Source of the DNA: an uncultured Clostridia bacterium
GTDB taxonomy: Bacteria; Bacillota; Clostridia; Christensenellales; UBA1242
Assembly (NCBI GenBank): GCA_947593585.1
Contig: CANQDP010000006.1
Location: 1,675 to 65,674 of the forward strand
Reading direction: 5' to 3'
DNA length: 64,000 bases
Part shown: piece by piece, positions 39,588 through 49,706 of the stretch
How the letters are laid out: each line of letters starts with the position of its first letter
Position numbering within the stretch: position 1 is the stretch's first letter
Program-made: the position numbers and the translations under genes
Notes under the pieces: model-generated
What the model was told of the DNA's origin: nothing
The model's input: only the letters and a program-made list of their open reading frames with translations
Database searches by the model: none

Positions 39588-40872
39588 ACTCTCTCACCTT
39601 TTTATTGAAGGCTTCGCCACGCTCAATATAGTTTTGAAATTCATCATAACTTGCCGTTGCGGGAGATAGCAAAATTGTGTCGCCCTTCTCAGCAATTTGA
39701 ACAGCACAATCAAAAGCCTCGCAAAGATTTGATTGCTCAAAAATACGAAATTTGCCGTCATTTGCCAGCAGAAGGTCTTGTGAGATTTCGCCAAAAGCAA
39801 TCACCACTTTCACTCTTTTGGGCAAACCTGAAAATAATTTTGAATAATTCAACCCCTTTTTTGAGCCACCTAAAAGAAGAATTGTGGGAGCGTTGATAGA
39901 CCCAACTGCCGCAAGAGTTGATGCGATGTTTGTTGACTTACTATCGTTTACAAACTTAATTTTGCGCACTTCCCCCACTTCTTCAATTCGAAATTTATCG
40001 GGTGAAAAATCTTTTAGAGCATTATAAATTTTGTTGGTTGGCACTTTATAGATATGAGCAAAACAGATTGCACACATCACATTATAGATGTTGTGCTTGC
40101 CTTTCAGTTTTAACTCGTTAAGGTTGATGACCTTTTCATTATGTAGATATATCGCACCATTGTTTAAATAAACATCTGCCAGCCGATTTTGCGAATAGGT
40201 TATTGTTAGCGTTTTATTTTTCGGTGCAATAGAGTTATCTAAATTTATCACAGCATAATTTTTAGATTTTAAATTTTTGAAAATTCCATATTTTAGTTTG
40301 GCATATTCTTCGATGGTTTTGTGGCGAATTAAGTGGTCAGGTTCGATATTTAAAATTGTGGCGGAAGTGGGAGCAAATTCGTCCGCATGCTCAAGCATAA
40401 AACTGCTAACTTCTACCACTTTAAGACTTCTTCGATTTTCCAACACAGCGCGCGATAGCGGATAACCGATGTTGCCACAAGCAACCGCTTTTTGCTTTTG
40501 ATTAATCATGGCATTCACGAGTTCGACTGTTGTGGTTTTCCCATTCGTGCCTGTGATGGCAATCATGTCCTTGCAAAACAAACTTGCCAATTCAAGTTCA
40601 CTATAAATTTTGATGTTGAACTTATTTGCTATTTTAACCACTTCATTTTCTAAATCTATTGATGGCGACAAAACAATAAAATCAAATTGTGAAATGAAAT
40701 TTTCAGACAGTGATTGCACTAGATAGCAATCTTTAAATCGTTTGCTTTTTAGTTTTTCTTTGTTGTCATCAAACAAAAAGACTTTTGCTTTTTTATTTAG
40801 CAAAAGTTTTGAAGCCCATTCTCCAGAAGAGGACATTCCATACACTAAAACATTTTTATTTTTAAAATTCAT
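39571..40872 (-). CDS. murD: UDP-N-acetylmuramoylalanine--D-glutamate ligase
   Basis: VYGMSSSGEW Rossmann start, the ITGTNGKTTT P-loop, and its dcw position. Confidence 0.9.
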   Translation of the reverse strand: MNFKNKNVLVYGMSSSGEWASKLLLNKKAKVFLFDDNKEKLKSKRFKDCYLVQSLSENFISQFDFIVLSPSIDLENEVVKIANKFNIKIYSELELASLFCKDMIAITGTNGKTTTVELVNAMINQKQKAVACGNIGYPLSRAVLENRRSLKVVEVSSFMLEHADEFAPTSATILNIEPDHLIRHKTIEEYAKLKYGIFKNLKSKNYAVINLDNSIAPKNKTLTITYSQNRLADVYLNNGAIYLHNEKVINLNELKLKGKHNIYNVMCAICFAHIYKVPTNKIYNALKDFSPDKFRIEEVGEVRKIKFVNDSKSTNIASTLAAVGSINAPTILLLGGSKKGLNYSKLFSGLPKRVKVVIAFGEISQDLLLANDGKFRIFEQSNLCEAFDCAVQIAEKGDTILLSPATASYDEFQNYIERGEAFNKKVREYADKE

Positions 40873-40965
40873 AAGACCACCTTTTATTTAAAAATCTTAA
40901 AAAATTTTTTAAAATTTGTGAAAATTTAATGCTTTTTGCAGTTTTTTTAAAATTTTTGCGTTATT

Positions 40966-41964
40966 TTATATCAAATATAGAATTATTGAAAGCACACCCA
41001 CTGCACAAGTTAATGAAGAATAAAGGAACACAATTTTGGGTTCACTTAGCCCTGACATTTGCAAATGATGATGAAAAGGCGCCATTTTGAAAATGCGTTT
41101 GTGAGTGAGTTTATAAAACAGCACTTGCAAAATAACCGACACCGAACTTATCACAAAGAAAACACCTAAGATTGGAAGCATCAACTCAAAACCTAACATG
41201 CAAGCCGAGGAGCCAATAAATCCACCCAGACAGAGCGAGCCAACATCACCCATAAAAATTGATGCTTTAAATGTGTTGAAAATTAAAAACCCTGCAACCG
41301 AGCCAACAAACAACATAGATAGCACGCTCATGTTTTCTATGTCGGTTAATATTTCACCCGTTTCGCCTTGAAGATAAATTTGATTTTTGAAAATTAATAT
41401 TATTGCCGTGTAAAAAATCAAATAAACAATTGAAACATTGCCGGCAAGACCATCTAGGCCGTCTGTCAAATTAACACTATTAGTTGTGGCAAGAAGCACA
41501 AGCACAATAAGCACTATTGCGAAATATTTAATGTCTATGCTCTTGGTGGAAAATGGCAGAAAAATGTTGCCTGCTTGTCCGCTAAAATAAAAAACAAACA
41601 GAGCAAAAATTATTGACAACCCCAACTGCCCTATTATTTTTTGATATGGCTTTAACCCGAGATTTTGCTTATATCTTATTTTGATAAAATCATCCATAAA
41701 TCCAAGCAGACCAAAGAATATGCTAAAAAGCAACACCATAAACCATTTTGTGTTGAACTCTAAAAAGAAAAATGAAAGCAAAAGTGTGGTGATTATAAAC
41801 ACCACTCCGCCCATGGTGATTGTGCCATTTTTAGACTTATGCTCTTCCACATAGCCCAAAATTGTCTGTCTTGCGCTGTGTTTTTTAAATATTTTGATAA
41901 TTATTGGCATCAAGGCAGAACTGAGCGCAAAACTTGCCAAAAACGCAGTTAAAACAACTATCAT
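40966..41964 (-). CDS. mraY: Phospho-N-acetylmuramoyl-pentapeptide transferase
   Basis: NLTDGLDGLA, MGDVGSL and APFHHH motifs. Confidence 0.95.
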   Translation of the reverse strand: MIVVLTAFLASFALSSALMPIIIKIFKKHSARQTILGYVEEHKSKNGTITMGGVVFIITTLLLSFFFLEFNTKWFMVLLFSIFFGLLGFMDDFIKIRYKQNLGLKPYQKIIGQLGLSIIFALFVFYFSGQAGNIFLPFSTKSIDIKYFAIVLIVLVLLATTNSVNLTDGLDGLAGNVSIVYLIFYTAIILIFKNQIYLQGETGEILTDIENMSVLSMLFVGSVAGFLIFNTFKASIFMGDVGSLCLGGFIGSSACMLGFELMLPILGVFFVISSVSVILQVLFYKLTHKRIFKMAPFHHHLQMSGLSEPKIVFLYSSLTCAVGVLSIILYLI

Positions 41965-43424
41965 ATTTTCATTTCTTCCTTCATTGAATATCTAAAATAT
42001 TCATCCACAACTTCATAATCACTGAAGTGGAATTTCACACCTTTTACCTCTTGATAGTTCTCTGCACCCTTGCCTAAAATTGCCACAATGTCGTTAGGTT
42101 TGGCAATGGATAAAGCATATTCTATCGCCGACTTTCTATCTGTGATGCGGATAAGTTTTTCGCTATTATTATTTCTCACTATATCATCAATAATCATGTC
42201 GGGATTTTCATCTCGCGGGTTATCGGTGGTTACAATCACAAGATCACTCATATCGCAAGCCACCTTGCCCATTTCCTCCCTTTTAGTTTTGTCCCGATTG
42301 CCACCGCATCCAAACACTGTGATTATGCGAGAAACAGGCAATTTTTTGATTGTGGTTAAAATGTTTTTTATCCCATCTGGTGTGTGCGCGTAATCCACAA
42401 TCACATTATAATCGGCTTCAACTTTAAGCACATTAAATCGCCCCGGCACTTCAACAATCGTGCTTTTCAAAGCCTTTAATATATCGCTTATTTTTATGCC
42501 CAATTTGCTTAAGCATGCTATCGCCATAAGGACATTTTCAATGTTGTATTCACCCAAAAGATTGGTGTGGGCAAGATGCGTTTTGCCGTCATAAGAAAAC
42601 TTAAAATTAGAGCCTTTCACAGACTGATTTGTTTGCCCTAGCTTCATCATTGCTTCTTTCTCTTTGCCTATTGAAACAAGTTCAATATTAGACTTTTTTA
42701 AGAAATCTTTTAAAGGCTTGCAATCGAGATTAACCACTCCGCATTTAGCATGATTATAGTTAAACAAACTCATCTTGCACTTTATATAATTTTCCATATT
42801 TAAGAAAAAATCTAGGTGGTCTTTTGTGATGTTTGTGATGCCAACAACATCAAAAAACAAATTGTCTATTTTATTTAAAGCAATAGCGTGCGCACTCACT
42901 TCCATAATGCAATATTCACAGCCATTGTTTTCCATCTCTTTAATCAATTTGTGAAGCACGATTGGGTCGGGAGTTGTGAGAGTTGGGGGAAGCATAAGAT
43001 TATTTATATACACACCTTCTGTGCCTATCAATCCAACTTTTTTATTTAAGTGCATTAAAACTTCTCTCATCAAAAATGTGGTGGTTGTTTTGCCATTTGT
43101 GCCTGTGATGCCCACAAGCTTCATTTTTGATTTATAAGTGCCGAAAAAAACCGAACTAATATAAGACATTGCCACCCGCACATTTTCCACCAAAATTTGG
43201 GTAATTGGTAAATCCAAATACCTTTCAACCACAAGGCAAACAGCTCCATTTTTGATGCTCTCTAAAGCAAAATTATGCCCGTCTGAGTGCATTCCTTTTA
43301 TGCAAAAATATATGCCGTTTTGCATCTTTTCCTTGCTTGAACAACTTAATGCGTCAATTTCTAGGTCTTGATGATGCTTTATTCCAACAAATTTTAAGTT
43401 TGATATTATATCATATAGTTTCAT
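41961..43424 (-). CDS. murE: UDP-N-acetylmuramoyl-tripeptide synthetase
   Basis: GITGTNGKTTT P-loop and DYAHTPDG motif. ATG at 43424 has AAGGAG 6 nt upstream. Confidence 0.9.
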   Translation of the reverse strand: MKLYDIISNLKFVGIKHHQDLEIDALSCSSKEKMQNGIYFCIKGMHSDGHNFALESIKNGAVCLVVERYLDLPITQILVENVRVAMSYISSVFFGTYKSKMKLVGITGTNGKTTTTFLMREVLMHLNKKVGLIGTEGVYINNLMLPPTLTTPDPIVLHKLIKEMENNGCEYCIMEVSAHAIALNKIDNLFFDVVGITNITKDHLDFFLNMENYIKCKMSLFNYNHAKCGVVNLDCKPLKDFLKKSNIELVSIGKEKEAMMKLGQTNQSVKGSNFKFSYDGKTHLAHTNLLGEYNIENVLMAIACLSKLGIKISDILKALKSTIVEVPGRFNVLKVEADYNVIVDYAHTPDGIKNILTTIKKLPVSRIITVFGCGGNRDKTKREEMGKVACDMSDLVIVTTDNPRDENPDMIIDDIVRNNNSEKLIRITDRKSAIEYALSIAKPNDIVAILGKGAENYQEVKGVKFHFSDYEVVDEYFRYSMKEEMKI

Positions 43425-43497
43425 CCCGCACTCCTTATCATAATTTATCAAAGAAAATAGGTGATTTTACTTTGCAAACAAAAATAGACAAAAATTT

Positions 43498-45402
43498 TTA
43501 AATTGTGATTAAAAACACAATTTCTCCCAAATATAAAAGCGTGCCGATTGGAGGAAGTTGGGCAGCAATGATTTCGCCCTCTCCCTCAACCTGTGCATTT
43601 AGCCCCAAACCTTTAAGTGTGGCGCAGGCGTCAGCCACCGTCATACCTACCACATTTGGCATTTCAATATCTGGCTTATTGCTTAACTGCGTTTCATCTG
43701 TAGGATTTATAGATTTTGCTTCAAAAATTGCTTTCATGACGCGCTCTCCCACCGGTTTTGCCACAACTCCACCATAATAAGCGCCGTTTGAAGGCTCGTT
43801 GACACACACAATTAAAATTAATTCGGGGTCATTTGCAGGATAAGTGGTGATGCAACTTGAAATATATTTTCCGTTTGCAATTTTCCCGCTTTCGTCATAT
43901 TTTTGCGCTGTGCCTGTTTTGCCACCCACATTATAACCCGGCACGAAAGTTAGTTTGCCATCGCTATTCACATTGTTTGATAGCATTGAGTTGATTAATT
44001 GCTGGGTGCTCTCTTTTAGGTTTAATTTGTTTTTTGCCTGTGTAAATTTATATAGCATTTTGTTATCTGTTTCAATATAGTCTAAAATATGCGGAGATAA
44101 TGTGAAGCCAGAGCAAATCTTTGCATAAACATTTGCCATTTGCAGTTGGGTTACTGCAACTGCGTGCCCAAACCCAATTCTCGCCAAATCCACTCTTCTA
44201 ACCTGCTCTTTAGGCATGATGATGCCGGCACTCTCGCTAGCAATGTCCACCCCCGTTTTTTGACCAAGACCAAATAAATCTAAATATTCATAATATTTAT
44301 CAATGCCCACTCTTAATGCCAACTGCACAAAGACGCAGTTGCAACTAACCTTAAAAGCATCAGCAAGGGTTAAACTTCCGTGCCCAACTGTTTTCCAACA
44401 TTTAATAGTTTCACCGTCAACGGTTATTCGCCCGCCACAATAGAAATGCTCATCAAGATTGGTTAATCCTTCATTCAAAGCTGCTGCAAGAGTGATTAAT
44501 TTGAAAGTGCTCCCCGGCTCATACACATCAACCACTGCTGAATTTTTTGTCATGGCTTGCAAAAGGGGCAAATTATCTCGCGGGACATTGTTTAAATCAA
44601 AACTTGGCAGACAACTCATGGCCTTTATGCCACCCGTTTTGGCATCCAAAATTATGCCATTCACCCCTTTTGCCGAATGCTCAACGAAGGCTGTGTTTAA
44701 CTCCCTTTCCAAAATTGATTGCATCTGCACATCAAGTGTGGTGTGGACATTTGCACCCGGCACACTTGGAATATAATAACCAAGAGAATTTTCTATTTCT
44801 TTGCCCTGTGCGTTGGTTTGAGTTAGGCTCTTTCCGTCAATGCCTTTAAGATATTTGTCATAATACGCTTCCAAACCTGCTTGGCCAATGTTGTCTATCG
44901 TGCAATATCCTAAAACCTGCGTTAACAAATTTGAATAAGGATAAATTCTTGCCACATTTTGAGATAAATACACACCTTTTAGCTTTGCCAGATTAAGAGC
45001 GCTCTTTTCTTGGACCTGCATTTTAATGAGCACCTCGCTCACATTTTTATTTGTGATTTTATTTAAAGTGGTGGCATAATCTAAGCCCAATTCATCCGAC
45101 AAAGATTTGGCAACTTCGTTTGGATTTTCCACATTTCTAGCACGCACATAAATGTCATAAGTGGTTACTGTGCCGGCGAGGCTAACGCCATTTGCATCTA
45201 AAATTTCACCCCTTTTGCTGCTCAAGGGCAAATCTCTCAACCACTCATCTGCGGCTAACACTTGCAAACTTTTTCCATTAATGATTTGCAGATAAAAGAC
45301 CCTAATCAGCAAGGCAAAAAAAATCATCACAATTAGTATTATGCTTGCCAAAAATCTTCGCCCAATGTTATAGACATTGTAAAAAGACTTAAACTTATTC
45401 AT
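43498..45402 (-). CDS. Class B penicillin-binding protein (FtsI/PBP2B/SpoVD-type) with C-terminal PASTA domain
   Basis: N-terminal TM, the transpeptidase motifs STFK, SCN and KTGT, and the PASTA-like MPNVVGMTVADACATLKGLGL. Confidence 0.85.
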   Translation of the reverse strand: MNKFKSFYNVYNIGRRFLASIILIVMIFFALLIRVFYLQIINGKSLQVLAADEWLRDLPLSSKRGEILDANGVSLAGTVTTYDIYVRARNVENPNEVAKSLSDELGLDYATTLNKITNKNVSEVLIKMQVQEKSALNLAKLKGVYLSQNVARIYPYSNLLTQVLGYCTIDNIGQAGLEAYYDKYLKGIDGKSLTQTNAQGKEIENSLGYYIPSVPGANVHTTLDVQMQSILERELNTAFVEHSAKGVNGIILDAKTGGIKAMSCLPSFDLNNVPRDNLPLLQAMTKNSAVVDVYEPGSTFKLITLAAALNEGLTNLDEHFYCGGRITVDGETIKCWKTVGHGSLTLADAFKVSCNCVFVQLALRVGIDKYYEYLDLFGLGQKTGVDIASESAGIIMPKEQVRRVDLARIGFGHAVAVTQLQMANVYAKICSGFTLSPHILDYIETDNKMLYKFTQAKNKLNLKESTQQLINSMLSNNVNSDGKLTFVPGYNVGGKTGTAQKYDESGKIANGKYISSCITTYPANDPELILIVCVNEPSNGAYYGGVVAKPVGERVMKAIFEAKSINPTDETQLSNKPDIEMPNVVGMTVADACATLKGLGLNAQVEGEGEIIAAQLPPIGTLLYLGEIVFLITI

Positions 45403-45459
45403 ATAAGATAATATTTTTTATGAGCAAATTTTAGAATAAAAAATAGCCTTAGCGGCTAT

Positions 45460-46002
45460 TTATCCAAACAAATTTCTAAATAAAATTGAAAGTTTATCGA
45501 AGAATGTGAGTTCCTTTGTGTCATCACTATAATCGCGAGGCTCATTTAGAGAAACGGTGAATTCTCCTTTCGCCGCATCATTTGCACCCTGCTCTTTCCA
45601 AACACTCACATTTTGAGCTTCGCTTTGAATTGTGTTGGCGTTATTATGAATGTCCCTCGACAAAACTGCAAGTGTGATTGCGTTTGAGAAAACGAATAAA
45701 AACAATAAAGCCAAAACTGAAACATACACGCATGTTGCCACTTTCACTCTTTTTTTGACATAGGATTTATTTTCATCTTTTTTCAAGGTGAATGCTTTGT
45801 CCTCATTCTGTGAAGCAGCCTCAACTTCTTTTAGACCTTTAAGCCCTGTGGATGTTTTTACTTCTTTTTCGCTTCTTAGCAAATCTTCAATGCGAGGCAA
45901 ATCGTTTAAGCCTTCAAGCCCAACTTTTGTTTCCTTCTCAGGCTCAGCCACTGTGGTGGAAGTTTGAGGTTGTTGCTCTAATTGTTTTTCTTCATTCTCC
46001 AT
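45460..46002 (-). CDS. Bitopic membrane protein in the ftsL position
   Basis: 180 aa: acidic N-terminus, a single TM (VSVLALLFLFVFSNAITLAVL) and a short ectodomain. It lies between rsmH and the PBP, where ftsL normally sits. Confidence 0.35.
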   Translation of the reverse strand: MENEEKQLEQQPQTSTTVAEPEKETKVGLEGLNDLPRIEDLLRSEKEVKTSTGLKGLKEVEAASQNEDKAFTLKKDENKSYVKKRVKVATCVYVSVLALLFLFVFSNAITLAVLSRDIHNNANTIQSEAQNVSVWKEQGANDAAKGEFTVSLNEPRDYSDDTKELTFFDKLSILFRNLFG

Positions 46003-46109
46003 AACGCCCTCCTTTGTGATATTAATTTTAGCATAAAAATTTTAAAAAGTTAAATTTTTTTGATGTTTTTTGCAAATTTTTAGAAATTTATGCACTGTTT
46101 TTTATTTTT

Positions 46110-47039
46110 TTATAATTTTTCAGCAATGCGCAGCTTTGCAGATGTTGAGCGCGAGTTGGCAGATTGTTCACTCTCTGTGGGCACTATTGGATGACGGGTT
46201 ATGAGTTTTATATCCGCATGATGATTGCACACACATTTTGGTATTCTTGGTGGACAAATGCAATCGGTGGAATGAAGTTTGAATTTATTTTTAACAATCC
46301 TATCTTCAAGCGGATGAAAAGTGATTATGCACAGCCTTCCGTTTTTATTTAGCGCACTCAACATTTTTTCAACCGCGATTGGCAAATCGTTCAATTCGTT
46401 ATTCACTTCAATCCTAATGGCTTGAAACGCTTTGTTTGGCAAAGTTGTTTTATTTTGAAACTTTGGTGGATAACTATCTTTGATTATATCGCGAAGCTCA
46501 AATGTTGTTTCAATTGGCTTTAACTCTCGCCTTTTAACAATCTTTCGTGCAATCTGGCGAGCATTTCGCTCTTCGCCATAGTCAAACATAATTTGTGCAA
46601 GTTGATTTTCTGGATAGGTGTTTATCACCTCATAGGCATCTAAACTTTGTGCTTTATCCATTCGCATATCTAGGCGTGAATTGCGCATAAAACTGAACCC
46701 GCGTGAAGCCTCATCTAACTGATAACTGCTAACGCCTAAATCAGCTAAAATTCCATCAACCTTATCAATTTTTTGTTCTGCTAAAATATCATCAAGGTTT
46801 GCAAAATTGTCATTTACAAAGATTATTTTTTTTGCGTGCTCTTTTAAAACTTGCTTGGCTTTTTTTAAAGCGTCCGTGTCTTTATCAATGCAAATGAGTT
46901 TGCCTGAAGTTAGGCGTTTGGCAATTTCAAGCGAATGCCCGCCTCCACCCGTGGTGCAATCCACATAAACACCGTCAGGGTGAATGTTTAACCCTGAAAT
47001 GCTTTCATCTTTTAGCACTGAAATGTGATTAAATTCCAT
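46110..47039 (-). CDS. rsmH: 16S rRNA (cytosine1402-N4)-methyltransferase
   Basis: HISVLKDE, DCTTGGGGHS and DLGVSSYQLD motifs. Confidence 0.95.
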   Translation of the reverse strand: MEFNHISVLKDESISGLNIHPDGVYVDCTTGGGGHSLEIAKRLTSGKLICIDKDTDALKKAKQVLKEHAKKIIFVNDNFANLDDILAEQKIDKVDGILADLGVSSYQLDEASRGFSFMRNSRLDMRMDKAQSLDAYEVINTYPENQLAQIMFDYGEERNARQIARKIVKRRELKPIETTFELRDIIKDSYPPKFQNKTTLPNKAFQAIRIEVNNELNDLPIAVEKMLSALNKNGRLCIITFHPLEDRIVKNKFKLHSTDCICPPRIPKCVCNHHADIKLITRHPIVPTESEQSANSRSTSAKLRIAEKL

Positions 47040-47040
47040 A

Positions 47041-47607
47041 TTAAACCTTAATGCCTTTTATATTTAAAAATTTTGTCATAAACACACCGTCTTCATAATG
47101 CCCATCTTCCATTTTAAATGAGTGCATGATTGTTCCGGTTGGCTCAAATCCAAACGATTGATATAATTTGAGTGCACGCTCATTAGATTTTAAAACCACC
47201 AAATCTATTTGTTCAAAGCCCATATGTGAAGCAAGCGCTATAATTTCAACCATCATTTTGCCAGCTATTCCTTTCCCCCAATGCTCTTTTAAAACGCCTA
47301 TTGAAAACTCACATCTATGCTTTAATTTGGCTTTTGATGATTTCTCGTTTATCACCGCATGCCCAATAATCTGGTTGTTTAAGGTGGCAATAATCATAGC
47401 ATTTCTAGAATTTTGCTGAGATTTCAAGTGGGCAATTTCACTTTCTAACACAAGGGGAGCGTCCTCTTTGCCCCGAGTGAAATTGTTCGTTTCAGCAAAT
47501 AATTGATTATAATAATCCACCAAATTTTGTGCGTCTGATAATGTTGCCTCACGGATTGCTATCTTTTCGCCCGTTTTTAACACCTCTTTCTTCGCTTTCA
47601 TTCGCAC
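47041..47607 (-). CDS. GNAT-family N-acetyltransferase
   Basis: The GVLKEHWGKGIAGKMM (R/Q-x-x-G-x-G/A) acetyl-CoA motif. It lies 1 nt upstream of rsmH. Confidence 0.75.
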   Translation of the reverse strand: MRMKAKKEVLKTGEKIAIREATLSDAQNLVDYYNQLFAETNNFTRGKEDAPLVLESEIAHLKSQQNSRNAMIIATLNNQIIGHAVINEKSSKAKLKHRCEFSIGVLKEHWGKGIAGKMMVEIIALASHMGFEQIDLVVLKSNERALKLYQSFGFEPTGTIMHSFKMEDGHYEDGVFMTKFLNIKGIKV

Positions 47608-47612
47608 CTCGC

Positions 47613-48308
47613 TTAATCAATTTGAATTAAACAATTTTTTAATGCATCACAACTCGTTAGATAATATGGCACATCGTTTATAACATTATAAATCATTTTG
47701 GGGTTGATATACCCATGCAAATGAGCAAAAACAACTTTATAAACGCCATATTCTTCAATTAAGCGAGTGTATTCACTAGGCTCAATTTTATTGTTGAATG
47801 GAGGATAATGTGTGATGAAAATGATTTTTTCATTGTTCGTTTGCAACTTTTTGGCTGCTTTAAGCGACAACTCTAACCTTATCACTTCACGGGCATATAG
47901 TTTGCGATTTTCTTCCGTGTCGAACTTGCCTTGTGGGATAAGCCAACCGCGATTGCCACAGAAAATGTATTCCCCAATTTTTATGGCATCATTTTGAAGA
48001 GCAAAAGTGTTTTCCGGCAGTTTTTCACGAACGCGTGCCACACTGCTCCACCAAAAATCATGGTTGCCACGGATTAAAATCTTTGTGCCCGGCAAATCTG
48101 CCAAAAACTGAAAATCTGGCACAACATCTTCCAATTTCATTGCCCAAGAATAATCTCCCGCCAAAATCACAACATCTTCTGCCGACACTTTTTCTTTCCA
48201 ATCCTCAGCAATTTTATTTTCATGCCCATGCCAAACAGGGCCAAAAATGTCCATTGGCTTAGAATTATTTATATCTAGATGCAAATCGCTGATTGAAAAG
48301 ACTTTCAT
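47613..48308 (-). CDS. Calcineurin-like metallophosphoesterase
   Basis: SDLHLD, GDYSW, GNHDFW and AHLHG motifs. Confidence 0.75.
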   Translation of the reverse strand: MKVFSISDLHLDINNSKPMDIFGPVWHGHENKIAEDWKEKVSAEDVVILAGDYSWAMKLEDVVPDFQFLADLPGTKILIRGNHDFWWSSVARVREKLPENTFALQNDAIKIGEYIFCGNRGWLIPQGKFDTEENRKLYAREVIRLELSLKAAKKLQTNNEKIIFITHYPPFNNKIEPSEYTRLIEEYGVYKVVFAHLHGYINPKMIYNVINDVPYYLTSCDALKNCLIQID

Positions 48309-48430
48309 GTTTTTATACTAACACATAATTTTAAATTAGTCAAATTAAAACTAGTGCGGTTTAGTGCGTGCCAAAAATTCACAAATAATTCTTGCCTAGA
48401 ATATTATGTTAATAGTTATAGGAGGAAAAA

Positions 48431-49096
48431 ATGTCATTTTACACAGATGCTCGACCCGGCATATTCCCTGGTCAAACAAACAACGCCATGAACGGCTTGT
48501 GCGAAAGAATTTGCATTCAAACAACTAAAGTTTTTGACGCTTGCATGAACCAATCTCAAATTGAAGAATATCAGCTCACATTAACCAACTTTAACCCAGC
48601 AAACCCAACCACCCCACTAAATTTTGTTAGCGGAAATTCGGTTGGCGGGAGCGCAACAGTGAGCAATTTGGTGGTTACAAGATTTGAGGATAGACCAAAT
48701 TTTGCAAGAGTGCAAGCAAACATAAACATTCCGGTGGTTGTTACATACACTGACGCAAACAATGTTGCAGGCACTGCAACGGGCACAATCACCCTGGCTC
48801 AAGATGTGATACTCTATGTGCCACAGCCATCACTCACACCTATTGATGTGGTGGCTTTTGGAAGCGCCGTGATTTCAACGGGCACATATAATCCTACCAC
48901 AGGCGGATTTACCATTAATGCATGCGTGACAACCATATTAAAAGTTGTGGCTGTGGTTGATGTGTTAGTGCCAAGTTATGGATATTGCCCAATTCCACCA
49001 TGCACACCTTACACAAACAGCGATGTTTGCCCAGGAGTGTTTGATTTGCCGCTATATCCAACCGCTGTGAGCCCACAATCAACAAATGCTAGATAA
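48431..49096 (+). CDS. Hypothetical Thr/Pro/Asn/Val-rich protein with Cys clusters at both ends (221 aa)
   Basis: AGGAGG RBS 6 nt before the ATG. N-terminal CERICIQTTKVFDAC, a predicted beta-rich middle and a C-terminal CPIPPCTPYTNSDVC. There is no signal peptide or TM. Confidence 0.55.
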   Translation: MSFYTDARPGIFPGQTNNAMNGLCERICIQTTKVFDACMNQSQIEEYQLTLTNFNPANPTTPLNFVSGNSVGGSATVSNLVVTRFEDRPNFARVQANINIPVVVTYTDANNVAGTATGTITLAQDVILYVPQPSLTPIDVVAFGSAVISTGTYNPTTGGFTINACVTTILKVVAVVDVLVPSYGYCPIPPCTPYTNSDVCPGVFDLPLYPTAVSPQSTNAR

Positions 49097-49098
49097 AT

Positions 49099-49122
49099 AA
49101 AAACTGCCTTATGGCAGTTTTT
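49099..49122. terminator. Bidirectional terminator, AAAAACTGCC-nnnn-GGCAGTTTTT module (copy 3)
   Basis: aaaaactgcc-ttat-ggcagttttt. The engB stop codon lies in the T-tract. Confidence 0.65.
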
Positions 49123-49702
49123 ATTTCACAAATTCGTCTAATAAGTCCGCAATTTGCTCAACACCTTGTTTTTTTAGTGTGCTGGTGGCAATTATTCTAT
49201 TTTTAGCAAATCTTAATTGATTTGAGATTTTTGCAATGCTGTTGTTTAATTCGCTTCTTGAAATCTTGTCCGTTTTCGTTAAGATTATTGCCACAGGGAT
49301 TTCAAGACCGGCAAGGTAATCAATCATCTGCACATCTAAACTTGTTGGAGCAATTCGGCAATCTAACAGCACAAGCGTGAGTTTAAGTTGTGGATTATCC
49401 ACAAAATAGTCGTTCATCACCTTATCCCACGCACTTGTTGTGTTTTTGCTTGCCTTGGCAAAGCCATAACCGGGCAAATCAACCAAATAAAATTGATTGT
49501 TTATGTTGAAATAATTGACTAATCTCGTGCGCCCCGGTGTGGAACTAGTTTTTGCCATTTTGCTATTGTTGGTTAAGAGATTTATTAGGCTCGATTTCCC
49601 CACATTGCTTCGCCCAACAATTGAAATTTGAGGGAGTTCATCAACTAAAAACTCCGCCTTTTTGCTTGCGCTCTTGATAAATTTTGCATTAATAAATCTC
49701 AT
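49121..49702 (-). CDS. engB: Ribosome biogenesis GTPase YsxC/EngB
   Basis: Starts at MRFINAKFIKSA (ATG 49702). G1 motif GRSNVGKSSLIN, then DLPGYG and TKTDK. The 66 extra N-terminal residues of the long ORF overlap the upstream gene. Confidence 0.85.
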   Translation of the reverse strand: MRFINAKFIKSASKKAEFLVDELPQISIVGRSNVGKSSLINLLTNNSKMAKTSSTPGRTRLVNYFNINNQFYLVDLPGYGFAKASKNTTSAWDKVMNDYFVDNPQLKLTLVLLDCRIAPTSLDVQMIDYLAGLEIPVAIILTKTDKISRSELNNSIAKISNQLRFAKNRIIATSTLKKQGVEQIADLLDEFVK

Positions 49703-49706
49703 ATAA

